Source of the DNA: Octopus sinensis
Taxonomy: Eukaryota
NCBI RefSeq assembly: GCF_006345805.1
Contig: NC_043013.1
Coordinates: 53,506,001 to 53,570,000, forward strand
Length of the DNA stretch: 64,000 bases
Direction: 5' to 3'
Position numbers and translations under genes: made by a program. Below, in pieces: positions 43,098 through 56,247 of this stretch (the first letter of the stretch is position 1; each line of letters begins with the position of its first letter). Under the pieces are notes generated by a model. It was not told the DNA's origin and did not search any database. It worked only from the letters and a program-made list of their open reading frames with translations.

Positions 43098-43958
43098 GCG
43101 TACGCACAAAAATAAGTTTGAATGAAAATTTATTATTAGTTATATTTCTTTTTTACTTTCTCACGCCTCATTCTAAAGTCCAACGCCCCTCAACAAAATA
43201 TAGCTACGCCTCACGTTGAGAAACTCAAGTCTGTACGGGGTCCATTTTCCGTTTCTCCTTCTATCAGGAATTATTATTGTTTCGAAGATTGGTTCACATT
43301 CTTTCTTTCTCGGTTCTTTTCATTCTTCCAGTCGTCATTTTCATTAATATTTAAATCCAACGCAGACTCTGTTGAACTCTATTCTATTTTGAAATTGACT
43401 TAAGACTTAATTTTTTAAAACATTCATTTCTGGATATATTGAACTTCCTGTCCGATTTTGGTGTCGCATTTCGAACTCTATAAAGTTCTCACGGAAATAG
43501 TTAACAAAATAAAAAATAAAAAAAATAAACTTCGGCGCTAATTCAACAGGCGTTCTACATCGCCATAGCGGAAGTGTAATAAAAGAAAAGCGGAAGAAAA
43601 ATGAAAACCCGAAACGGCGAAATGATTCTGAACTGAAGTAAAACAACAAAAATATGGGTTCAAAATTAAAACAATGCTGAAATCAAGTTGAGTACATTTT
43701 GAAAAAAAGAATACACACACATACACACACACACATATATATATACATGTGTATATTTATTTACATATATAGACTTACATACATACGTACATACATATAT
43801 ATACGCATGCATATATACACCTGTGTTTATGATTGTCTGCACGTGTGTGTACGTCTGTGTTAGAACTAATGCGTTCTTAATTAGGCAGTATTCCTAAACA
43901 AATTGGTCTGTGATATTCTAGTTAACTTTCTTTGAGAGATAAATACGTCTATGAAATG

Positions 43959-43994
<36 letters not shown>

Positions 43995-44447
43995 ACACAC
44001 ACATATATATATATATAATATATATATATATATAGACACACATATATATATATATATGAGTGTGTTTGTGCGTGTGAACAAACATATATGTGTATATGTG
44101 TATCTTCGCGTGATTATGTATATGTGTGTGTGTGTTTGTGTTATAATGATTGGTGTTTACTGAAGTTAATATTGTTGTTGTAGAAGAAGTTGTTGGTGGT
44201 GGTGTTATCGCTGTTGTCGTCGTCGTAGTCGCCGCCTCTGCATATTTCCTGGCCGACCGCTGAAACAAGTGACGTCTCAGACGATATTCTTCGTCAATTC
44301 ATGACGACCTGGATCCATACTTAATGGCCTCCATGTCATTCTCGTTAGTCCGTCCATTATTCATCTGCTGGAATTTATGCATATTTTTATAAGGCACCTC
44401 TGATGCAGCGACGGCCCATTTATACAAATGTGTGACTGCGGTGTGTC

Positions 44448-44493
<46 letters not shown>

Positions 44494-44657
44494 TGTACAT
44501 ATTTTACATGTATATTGCAATTTGTATATATTGATTGTAAGATGGAGGTCATGAGCGTATTTCTGCATATGTTTATACATACATACATAATTACGTACTC
44601 TCACACACACACATATATATATATACACATATATGCATGTATATAGATGTATGTGTA

Positions 44658-44735
<78 letters not shown>

Positions 44736-45543
44736 TATACATACATATATATATATATGCACATATATGTATGTATATCGATTATGTGCATATATTTATA
44801 TACATATATACATACACACATACACACACACTCACACACACAGACACACTAACACACACATGTATATGTGCTTGTATTCTGTTTTACCATTTTTGGCTGA
44901 TATTGGCTGAAGAATGCGATTAAATATACTTGAAGAATGGGGAGGAGAAGAATAGAAGGGGAAACAGGAGAAATAAGAGAACAAGGAAGATAAGAAGGGG
45001 AGGAGGAGGAGGAGGAGGTGGAGGAGGAAGAAGAGTAGAAAGAGGAGAGGGAGGAGGAGAAGGAGGAGGAGAAGGAGGAGGTAAAAAAGAGATGAATTTC
45101 AGCAAATTTCTTTATACTACAAATATGGTAAATTATTATAGGATACGTATCCGGTTACAGTCGATTATAAAATAGCAATAAGCGTAGCAAGAGCAACGGG
45201 AAGACATCAACAGCAACAACAATAACAACAACAGCAACGACAAGAGAACGGCATTACTTGTTACTATAAAAAAAAATGGAGTGCATTTTTACGCGTCAAT
45301 GCACATTTTATTTTCTTACAATTTACTCACTTAATGTGTCAAAATTACAGACATATACACACAATGCGGTACACGATAGGTATACATATATATACACACT
45401 CACACGCACGCACGCACACGCACACATTTATACATATTTATAGAAGGGTAAATCCAGGGACCCTAGTGCAGGAAGTTAGCAAGCCCCAAACTCACATGCA
45501 CGCACAAAAAAAACCACGCACGTACACACACACACACACACAC

Positions 45544-45605
<62 letters not shown>

Positions 45606-46104
45606 CACATACAGAGTGCAACGGTGTTTATTGCGCAGCTAATTACCTTACATATGTGTGTCTATGTGGGCGCGTGTGTATGCATATATACATACGTGCA
45701 CATGCATTAACACACAAACATATGCACGCAGACACAGTATATGCAAGAACACAGACACGTTCGCGCCCGCCATCATGCAGTCATTATACACGAATTGTTA
45801 TATATACACTTAATATATTTGCATGTGTGTATGGAGGTGGGCGTGTATTTATATATATATGTATACATACATACGTACTTACATGTATACGTACTTACAT
45901 ATATACATGAATATGTATATATATATGTATGCATATGTAACGACAATGTGTGTTTATAAACATACTTATTTATGATTTTAAAAGCGTCGATTGTGTATCG
46001 TACGATGCCGACAAGAAAGTGATATTCCGAAGGCAGTATCGCCGTAAAAACAGCAGAAAATAGGGCTATTATTACCTTTACAAGGCGGAAAACGTCAAAA
46101 CACA

Positions 46105-46144
<40 letters not shown>

Positions 46145-46147
<3 letters not shown>

Positions 46148-46530
46148 GAATGGCTGTGTGGTAAGTAGCTTGCTTACCAACCACATGGTTCCGGGTTCAG
46201 TCCCACTGCGTGGCATCTTGGGCAAGTGTCTTCTGCTATAGCCCCGGGCCGACCAATGCCTTGTCAGTGGATTTGGTAGACGGAAACTGAAAGAAGCCTG
46301 TCGTGTATATGTATATATATATATATACATGCGTGTATGCGTTTGTCTCCCTAGCATTGCTTGACAACCGATGCTGGTGTGTTTACGTCCCCGTCACTTA
46401 GCGGTTCGGCAAAATAGACCGATAGAATAATTACTGGGCTTACAAAGAATAAGTCCCGGGGTCGAATTGCTCGATTAAAGGCGGTGCTCCAGCATGGCCG
46501 CAGTCAAATGACTGAAACAAGTAAAAAAAA
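46145..46530 (+). mobile_element. tRNA-derived CORE-like SINE, family B (full length)
   Basis: Near-identical to 24087-24484. Confidence 0.93.
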
Positions 46531-47147
46531 GATATATATATATGTATGTATGTATTTGTGTGTGTGTGTGTGTAAATTAATACACATACACATCGATATT
46601 TTATGAAATTGTATTTTCCAGATGAAGTTTTCCTTCTTGTTCTGAGAAAGATCGTCCGATCATTTATATAAAGTACCCAAGAGGATCAAGGAAACGGAAA
46701 AAATAGATATGTTACAAGAAACAGACAAGACTTTAACGTTTGAAAAGGTGGAAATTCTCCAAAAGGGCTATAAAGACACTAAAAGACTTATTATCCGCTT
46801 ACGATTAGTTATGGGTTTAAAAATTTCGCTTTGAAATCACATGGTTTTGTGTTCAGTTCTACTACATAATTTCTACAATTATCGTCCTGGGCCTACCAGT
46901 GACTTTGAGTGAAATCGGTAGATGCAAACAACGTGTGGAAGCCAGTTTTATATGTATGTTTATATACGTACACATATATACATATATGTCATTGAATGCT
47001 CAAAATGAGGAGTAGATATTCAGCCGTCAACTGATTAAAGGTCATGTCTGTGTTTACTTTCTCTGCTCTCGTTGTTTACGCATTTATCTCATTTGTCTAC
47101 GTATTTCATGTTGTTTACACAGGTGATATCCTGTACTAATATATGCA

Positions 47148-47260
<113 letters not shown>

Positions 47261-47284
47261 CACTCTCTCTCTATATATATATAA

Positions 47285-47333
<49 letters not shown>

Positions 47334-47335
47334 CA

Positions 47336-47794
47336 TTGAGTGAGAGAGCAGTTCATGCCATCAAAGTGACACTGGGGTAAAATATACGAAGCCCAATATA
47401 CCCATCATGACTACCCGTCTGATAAAGGTACACCAGGCATATGCATCACAACCACGTATGCGCGACATGGTGATCTCATATCAAGATAAACAGCACATGA
47501 CCTTGCAGGTGGGGCCCAGTTAGAATTTTCTTCAGGTTGAGTAGCCCATCCCGCTCAAACGGTCCCTGAATAAGGGTTGTTTAAGGATGTTGAAAGAACC
47601 ACCCATGTTTCCAGAGGTGAACTATTCAAACCCCAAAGAATCCCTCTCAACACATGGCTATGATGCTCCCCCACTACTTCTGCTCGTGATCAGAGATGCA
47701 CATATCGTCAGCCACTAAGGGACATGCTCAACTGGTTAAAGTCAAACAACTGACAAAATATTTGCTGTAGCCCATCTTTTATACCAAGACAAAA
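47336..47794 (-). mobile_element. 5'-truncated copy of the TAA-flanked 545-bp element
   Basis: Reverse complement matches about 16350-16818; (TAA)n on both sides. Confidence 0.88.
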
Positions 47795-47799
47795 TGAGC

Positions 47800-47855
<56 letters not shown>

Positions 47856-47860
47856 TATTA

Positions 47861-47892
<32 letters not shown>

Positions 47893-47913
47893 TTTATTAT
47901 TATTGGTATTATT

Positions 47914-48354
47914 ATTATTATTCTATGTTTGACTTTTGCTTTATATTTGTACAAGTTGGCTCCAAGTCTCACCCAGAGACCTCAAGAGATCAAAAGTTGG
48001 AAGTTCATGTTGGTGTTATACCTAGGGTGCCATATATTTGGTTTTGTACTTAGTGTTGTACTACTGAATGTCTAAAAAAACATAAGAAAATTATGTTTGT
48101 TTTAAAACTTGAGATTACATAGAAAGTATTTTGCGTAAGAAATATACAGTTCCCATGAGCACTATCTTTTGAATTTCTGCCATTTGAGGGTTTCCTGGTA
48201 TGTGAGCTAGTTAGCAATCAGCCTCTTTTGCTATTATCCCCAGGACACCTATGACAATAGGTATTGTTTTAGTCTTCAGGTTTCACATTTTGCTAATTTC
48301 TATTTCAAGATCTTTATATTTGCTCAGTTTTTGGTAGGACTTGACAGATACGTT
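47914..48354 (-). mobile_element. Short 3' fragment of an R4/Dong-type element
   Basis: KLSKYKDLEIEISKM*NLKTKTIPIVIGVLG..IQKIVLMGT..LRKILSM* plus a 3' UTR of about 200 nt; (TAA)n on both sides. Confidence 0.88.
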
Positions 48355-48362
48355 TATTATTA

Positions 48363-48449
<87 letters not shown>

Positions 48450-48506
48450 TGTATTATTATTATTATATTATTATTATTATTAATATATATAAGCACATAT
48501 AAATAT

Positions 48507-48541
<35 letters not shown>

Positions 48542-49597
48542 TATGAGGTGTTGGTCATCTTCTATGTCTGTCTTTCAACTCATCACGTAACGAAACGTTA
48601 CCTACACTCGATATGAATCACAGTAAGAGCTAATATATTCGTACAACTTATATTTCTATCCCTCTCCTTTTTTCTATTCCCTTTTCTCTATCTCTCTCTT
48701 TGTCCTCTCCCCTCTCTGCCCGCTGCTACTTTTCTTCCTCCAACTACTGACACCTGACCCGTGGTCATCAATTTATATTTTTCTCTTTCTCCTTTCTTTT
48801 TCACGCCGAGCGTTGAAGCAACCGATCGTATTTTTCACTGGTCACCACTTCAACCAGTTTTGCTGTTTTCCTTTTGTATCCACTCGTTTAGAATTTATGT
48901 ATATGTATATATGTATATATATATATATGTATATGTATATATATATATATGTATATATGTGCATGTATATGTGTGTGTGTATATGCATATACATACAATG
49001 GAAGGGATCAATGAAGTGCGTTGGTCACTATATCGCATAATATAATGCGTAGTCTAACAAGGTTCTGAGTGAAATACATTGTTTCAAGCAGGAACACACT
49101 GCGCTTCCGAGAACGTATTGCGTTCGTAAAACTGTAACCTGTTGGCGGATTGACTAGAATATTAAATAAGAAGCAATTTGGAGCATTTCTTTCTATATAC
49201 ATACTAACGAATAAAATGTCAACTGCTAAGCAGGTAACGAGAAATTTATATGTCAGAAAATCTCTTAGAAGGAAAAGTCTGTAGGTTTTGCAGTAGAACA
49301 ACGCCGGATTAAAAAATATACAAACGTTAACTTGCCGATTTTATCAGTTATAACAATACGCACATGATCATTGGAGACCTGCGATCAAACGCTTAACCTA
49401 CACGCATTGGTACCATCATTTCATTCTGATGATGAGACCATGAAATTCTTGAATAAACTAAAAGATTAAGGAATACTATTACTCCTTAACTAAACACGAA
49501 GTATTACGAAGGAAGGGCAAAATCTCTCTTATGTGTTATACATCATCACTTTAAAATAACACTTTAAAAAGATTACATCTCTACTTACACACATATA

Positions 49598-49637
<40 letters not shown>

Positions 49638-49837
49638 CGGCAAAATTTAGATTCAGATGAATATGGTACTTAAGCTAAAGGCACCAGAATTTGGTATTAA
49701 TTAAAAAATATTCTATATGTGGCTGAAGATTGCTCTACATTTTAAAACTGATGTAATACTTACATTGTTTGATAAAATGAAGTGGTATGAAACGATTGTA
49801 CTACACTACCTTGGATATCCTTGTTGCTTACTTTGAT

Positions 49838-49871
<34 letters not shown>

Positions 49872-49930
49872 ATATATATATAAATTGATCAAAATAAAAA
49901 TAAAAATAAAAACATGAGGCGAAGGATTCA

Positions 49931-50008
49931 GCGGTACATATGTTTCGGGCCTTTATTAGACAGATTCATAACAAATCATAATGTATGTCTGTGGCCTTCT
50001 TCAGCCGC
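49931..50008 (-). ncRNA. Type I hammerhead ribozyme fold (mirror copy)
   Basis: Reverse complement of 50628-50705. Confidence 0.72.
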
Positions 50009-50627
50009 GCACAACAGCTTCCACAAGGACATGTGTTACTTCCGAAATTCTTGGTTGGGGATGCAAATCTTCTCGTTCCCGTACGACATAATGCGGCAGC
50101 AGCATCGAATTGAATCGTCCATCCCTTTCTTCTCTCAATGTAGAATGAGGAAACTTGGATGTTGAGGTAATGTAAATAAATAAATACGTATATAGAGGTG
50201 AAGATGGAGGGGCGAGAGTTCGGGACGAGGGATAAAGAATATAAAATAATATAAAATAATATAAAAATGTAGAGGATAAAGATATAAAGAGTTATAAGGA
50301 GATGTAAAGGGGGTATAAAGGGGGTATAAGGAGACTCTTTATAACTCTTTATATCTTTATCCTCTACATTTTTATATTATTTTATATTATTTTATATTCT
50401 TTATCCCTCGTCCCGAACTCTCGCCCCTCCATCTTCACCTCTATATACGTATTTATTTATTTACATTACCTCAACATCCAAGTTTCCTCATTCTACATTG
50501 AGAGAAGAAAGGGATGGACGATTCAATTCGATGCTGCTGCCGCATTATGTCGTACGGGAACGAGAAGATTTGCATCCCCAACCAAGAATTTCGGAAGTAA
50601 CACATGTCCTTGTGGAAGCTGTTGTGC

Positions 50628-50705
50628 GCGGCTGAAGAAGGCCACAGACATACATTATGATTTGTTATGAATCTGTCTAATAAAGGCCCGAAACATATGT
50701 ACCGC
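50628..50705 (+). ncRNA. Type I hammerhead ribozyme fold
   Basis: Stem I GCGG/CCGC; CTGAAGA; stem II AGGCC..GGCCC (A-C mismatch at the base, extended by ACAGA/TCTGT); GAAA; palindromic stem III CATATG; GUA cleavage triplet, cut predicted after 50701. Confidence 0.75.
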
Positions 50706-50856
50706 TGAATCCTTCGCCTCATGTTTTTATTTTTATTTTTATTTTGATCAATTTACTCCACCACCTACACCACCAAACGGTATACACAGGTGCTTATAAT
50801 TATCAAGTACTCACCCCGAATTTCTACACTCTATATATATATATATATATATAATA

Positions 50857-50952
<96 letters not shown>

Positions 50953-53456
50953 ATATATATATATATATATGTATGTATATGTATATATATATTAATTATA
51001 CACATATATGTATATATGTATGCAAATATTTATGTATGAATGCATATAGGTATGTATGTAGGTAGGTAGGTATGTATGTATGTAAGTAGGTAGGCAGGTA
51101 GGTAGGTAGGCAGGCAGGCAGGCATGTAGGTATGTACGTACGTATCTTCTATACGTATTCTGTGACCTGCACAGTTGTAGATTCTAACCAAATGAAGTTC
51201 TATAATAGAAATTCTCATCACAGTTCCCCTTTAGCTATACAGAAATACTCATGGAGCTTTAAATAATGGTTTTTTTGTCGTTCGATTTAAATCTATATGA
51301 TACTGTATAATTATATAAGTGTGTGTATATGTTTGTGTGTATATATTTTTATAAATACATGTACTTATGTGTTTGTATACATATAGATATATGTTGGTGT
51401 GTATATGTGCATAAACAGACAAGAATTCATATATATATATATATATATGTTCACATATACTTATGAATATATATATACACACATACATATACCAATCTAT
51501 TTATGTATGTGTGTGTGTATACATAAAACATAGATACATACGCGGAGACATGTAAATATATAGCGTCTGAGAGCTGAGAATTTACAGTGAAAAGAAAATT
51601 TTAAAATAACAAAAAAGTTGCATCGCTACATCAAGAGAAAGGAAGAGAGACAGAGACAGACAGACAGAGAGAGACAGAGATAGGAAGATGGAATAAGAGA
51701 GAGAGAGAGTATGTGTGTGTGTGAGAAAGAAAGGGGGTGAGAAGAATGGAGTTAGAAGACGCAAGTTTCGATTATTAAATTACCAATCAGCATATCAATA
51801 TTTACGAAGTTTTTAATCTAGCAATTAAATCTGGATGTTCTCTGAACTACAAGCCTATTCAATTTAAGAGTATTGGTACACGAGTTAGCTTTCGTTTATA
51901 TGTCTATATTTTTATCGCCTCCTCTTTTTCCAAGTCTCTTCCTCTATCTAATAAGCGCAAAATTAAACTAAATACATTAACCTTTCGGTGGCCATTTCTT
52001 TTTTCTTTTACTAATAAAATCTGACGAATCTATAATAGTAACGAGACCATTCGGAGTCTGGCTTTTATTTGTAGGTCAAAAAATGTGAACGCAGATAATT
52101 TTGGAAGAATGGTAAAATCATTTCCACACCAAATAGAACGGTGCCTCCTGAATAATAGGAGAGAAAACAAGAAATGTATCTTTCTAGATATCAGAAAAAA
52201 TATAATGTCACACTCTGTGCATGTATATGCGTACATCAGTGTGTGTGTAAGTGTGTGTATGTGCGTATGTGAGCGAGCGTGTGTGAGTGTGCATATGTAT
52301 GTGCGTGCATGTGTGTGCCCATGGAATCTTAAAATCCTAAGACTCCGGATAATTTAAAATAAAACTCTGTTTGTTTTTCTGTGTAGAGTACACAATATCC
52401 TTCGCTTCTAATATTTATATATTTTCTTATTTATGTTTCTGACTGTCAGTTGATAGATTCGAGATAATATTTTAACACCAAATAATCTTCTATTCTGATC
52501 TGCAACTTCGATTTACACCAATAATCTGCTATTCACATCTCGTGACTTTGTCTCGTTGTCTGTCAACCTTTGTTTTCTGACATTTATCTTCCGGTATACA
52601 CTTAGATGTCTCTATCAGCTTGTCGGATTTGGTCTTTCCTTACATCTACAATCTCGCTCCCATTCTTTCTCTCTTATTCTCTCTCTCCTTCCCTCTCTAT
52701 CTCTCTCTTTCTGTCGCAACGAAAATAATTCAGTTAATATGTGGGGGTGGGAGTGCGTTGATGATTATTATTATATGGATAAACAACAAAAGATATAATG
52801 AACAGACTATTTTTACAAAATGCTTTGCAATAAAACTGAGAAGAATTAGGTTGAAACCAATAATATATACTATGAGATGTCTGCTAATATTAGCTGGATT
52901 TTTATACATATACATATATATCAAAACTTAAAAACAAAAACATTGCCATAGCAACTAGAATGTGATATTCTAATTCGGTATATAGCACGGATGGGTTTAA
53001 ATAAGCATTTTTCCTTCGAATCCGCACCCCAAAAATGTTTATTTTATTCGTCAGTTTCCCTCATCCCCAGTTTCCTTTCTTCTTTATCATTTTAAATTAC
53101 TTCTCCCTGTCTCGCCTAGTCCCTCTTTAATTCTAAATTTGATCTATGCATGTGCACATATGTTCTCTTCTGTTATCCGTCAAATGTAGCCAGGTTTTTC
53201 ATCCTATTATATTCTCTATAAAAAATCAGTTAAAATATTCGCTATTAATCCTGACGAAGATTCTCACACGACAAACCGTCAAAGAAGAATACTGTCTTCA
53301 TCAGAAATAGAATTTCATTTTGAACAAGACACCGACAAGAACAGGAACATAGAAAAATGAAATTTCAAAATGTTATGCTTTGAAGACGAAAGAAAATTTA
53401 GCATTTCTTAAAAATTAACCACGTTTAGATAAATGTTAATCGTGCAATCCAGTGTA

Positions 53457-53531
<75 letters not shown>

Positions 53532-53623
53532 TGTGCACGTGCGTGTGTATGTATTGAGAGAGAGGATAGTTTTATACATTCAGATATATAATATATTCAT
53601 GTATTTTATATTACACAGACACA

Positions 53624-53664
<41 letters not shown>

Positions 53665-53860
53665 CACGTCACAATCTTTCAGATGCTGCTTCTGTTGGTA
53701 TTGAGATGTTTTGGCTCTTATTTCTAGCAATACTGGTGCTGGTTAGTACCTTTTGTTCACTTTAGTGGCATATATTTCTGCCTTGCGGTTGTAAAATTAC
53801 GAATTAGCCACCTATATTACACACACATACACACATATATATATATATGTATATATATAT

Positions 53861-54990
53861 AAAGGGAAAGTTTACGAAAATAAACAAAAGACGAAGGCAG
53901 GTGGGGTACAAACAAATAAATGTATTAGTATAGCGCTCAGGAATAGAAATAGAAAATGTCTTTTACGTTTTGAGCCTACGCTCTTCGACAGAAAGATACA
54001 CAGAAAAGAAACAAGGAGCGAAGTAAATGCATGTAGGAGCTAACGATCTATCATGGCGTCCTGACTTCGGACAGTGGTCAGGCGCTAGAGGGACAGTAGG
54101 GGAGATAACAGGGTCAAGTGACTTCCAAAACGAAGGTGCCCTCAACACAAAGGTGCGTGTGTGTATAAGAGAATATGTATGTGCGTGTGAAAGAGAGCTG
54201 TTGGTCTGGACGTGTGTGTGTATGTATGTGTGGGTGTAAAGATGTGGGGATGGGTGTGTGGGTGGTGTGTTGTGATGTGATGTATGGTGTAGTGTAGTGT
54301 GGTGTGATGTTGGGGGGAGGTGGGGGAGGCGAGAGTGGGGAAAGCACAGTTGGGGTGTGGGTTCGGCTGGGGGTTGGGGTAGAGTGGGGGTTGTGGGTAG
54401 GTAGTGGCTGGGTTTAGAAGTGAGGTATGTGGGGGAGGGGTATGTGATATGGGTGCGGTATGTAGGAGAGGGTGTGGGGTAGAGTGGGGAAATGGGGTAG
54501 GAAGGATAGGGAAGGTGGAGTGTGGGTGGGTGGGTTTATGGGGGAAGGAATGATGGGTATATGAGGAGAGAGAGGAGGAGAGGAGAGAAGGGAGGGAGAC
54601 GGGGGACGGGGGATGGGGGGAGTGAGAGGGGGAGAGAAGAGAGGGGAAGAGTAGGGGAGACAGGAGAGGAGGAGGGGAGAGAGGAGGAGGAGGAGGAGGA
54701 GGGAAGGAGGAGAGGAGGAGAAAAAGGGGGAGGGAGATATGCAGAAGGGGAGGAGGGGAGAGAGGAGAGGAGGAGGGGAGGGGAGAGAAGGGGAGTGAGG
54801 GAGCAGAGAGAAAGAGAAAAGAGGAAGAGGGAAGAAGAGAGAAGAAGAGGGAGAAGAAGGAAGAAGGGGGAAGAAGGGAAAGAAGGGAAGAAGAGAGAAA
54901 GAGAGTAGGGGTGAAAAGATGTAGGAGTGCAGAGAAGTAGGTGTCGGGGAGGAGGTTAGATGAAAATGGGGGAGAGTTGAGTCCAAAAGG
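53861..54990 (-). mobile_element. 5'-truncated 3' portion of the Penelope-like family seen at 62569-64000
   Basis: Reverse complement ATGCCTTTTGGACTCAACTCTCCCCCC matches 63609-63635. It is followed by the same polypyrimidine tract and CACACTACAC..ACATCACATC segment, then a unique 3' region with an HHR-like fold ending at (AT)n. Confidence 0.8.
53959..53996 (-). ncRNA. Variant or decayed minimal hammerhead fold
   Basis: TCTTT-CTGTCGA-A-GAGC-gtag-GCTC-AAAA-CG-TA-AAAGA. Stems I and II are perfect, but the core has A6>U and G12>A versus the consensus CUGANGA/GAAA. Confidence 0.55.
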
Positions 54991-55724
54991 CATAAAAAAG
55001 TAATGTGTAGGTAAAGTTTGGTGAAAATTGTAGAAATGTATGTGTTCAGTGTTGCCAGTCAATTTAATCAGCATCGCTGGCGGACAGTGGCAATAAATAG
55101 ACAACATCCTTTCACGTTCATAAAATAGATTTAAAACGTATGGAAGACCCTACAGATTATAAAATAGCTAATTAATGCAAATGAACAGGAATCCTCTAGT
55201 GTTGGTTCCCCATCGCTCTAGAGGCCCCAGTATCGATTTTTAAAAATCTAAGTAGCCTATGTCTGAGCCTGGGATATGAAGCAGCTGTGTATACAGTTTT
55301 AAAGACATCGGAAGAAAGATGTAGAAGTTATTGAGTTACATTAAATTTTTGTACACACACATACACACACAGAGATAATTTCACTTTCATAGATATTATA
55401 TATATATATGTGTGTGTGTATGTATGTATATGTTAATGTGAACACATATTCTTAATAATTGGTACGACTCTCTGTTTGTCTCTCTCTCTCTCTCATTTTT
55501 ACTTTCTCTCTATTCATCTTCTCTTTCCTCTGATCCTTTGGTCTAGTCTTCCACTACCCTCCTATTTCTTTGTCTCGCTCTGCACTCACAGGTCATTCTT
55601 CGACACCCATCCCTTCTCCTCTCTGATTCCTTCTTTCTCTCTCTTCTCTCTCTTTGTTGCGTTTTGTCCCCCTTTTCTCTCTCTCTCTTCCTTTGCTTCT
55701 CTTTCTTTTCTTTTCCCTCTTCTC

Positions 55725-56185
55725 TGTCACGTGACTGTTGGCCGAAATCTGCCTTTCAGCTCCTGACCCTCGTCGTGTTAACATCGTTGTTCTTCGTCCG
55801 CCGCTATAAAGGCTTTTTCCAATGCGCCAGAGAAAAAATTTGTTTGCTTGTTATCAGTCGTAAGACACTTGTTGTTTTCACCGTTAATGGCTTCTGTATT
55901 TCATGTTTCTGTATTCCATTATTGTTTTTTGTTTTTTTTATATCTGTCCCTTTTGCTGTCCTGGTGTTCGTATGCATTCGATCCTTCTTCCAGGAAATCT
56001 ACGCTTCCAGCTTAGTTTTTCTTGGAGGGCTGGCCGTGATCTAGTAATCTCAAGATTAATCAGCCGAAATTACTACGATGATCCGGTTCTTGACTGAAGA
56101 CTGAGGGGTTCGAATGTCCTGTCCATGTTTATTGTATCGTCTTCTATGAGTTATACGTTCTTGTCCATGTTGTATTTTTCTACAT
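55725..56185 (+). repeat. About 460-bp interspersed repeat, family D
   Basis: Diverged partner of 26480-26975. Confidence 0.7.
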
Positions 56186-56191
56186 ACCTTA

Positions 56192-56247
<56 letters not shown>

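Larger units (their letters stand above)
49881..50755. mobile_element. 875-bp palindrome (417-bp arms, 41-nt spacer), inverted pseudo-LTR-like pair each carrying a hammerhead
   Basis: 49881-50297 is the reverse complement of 50339-50755; identical ORFs in the track at 49914(+) and 50722(-). Confidence 0.9.

Noticed and set aside
49914-50722. Two identical 83-aa ORFs (MRRRIQ...) as duplicated genes
   Set aside because: They are a by-product of the palindrome, with no recognisable domain. They run antisense through the hammerhead.
53251-53304. CTGACGAAGA...TCTTCATCAG inverted pair resembling two hammerhead 5' cores
   Set aside because: Neither strand supplies GAAA plus a cleavage triplet; only a 10-bp imperfect hairpin.
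54142-55107. 321-aa Pro/Ser/Leu-rich ORF
   Set aside because: It reads through the polypyrimidine 3' region of the Penelope-like copy; low complexity.
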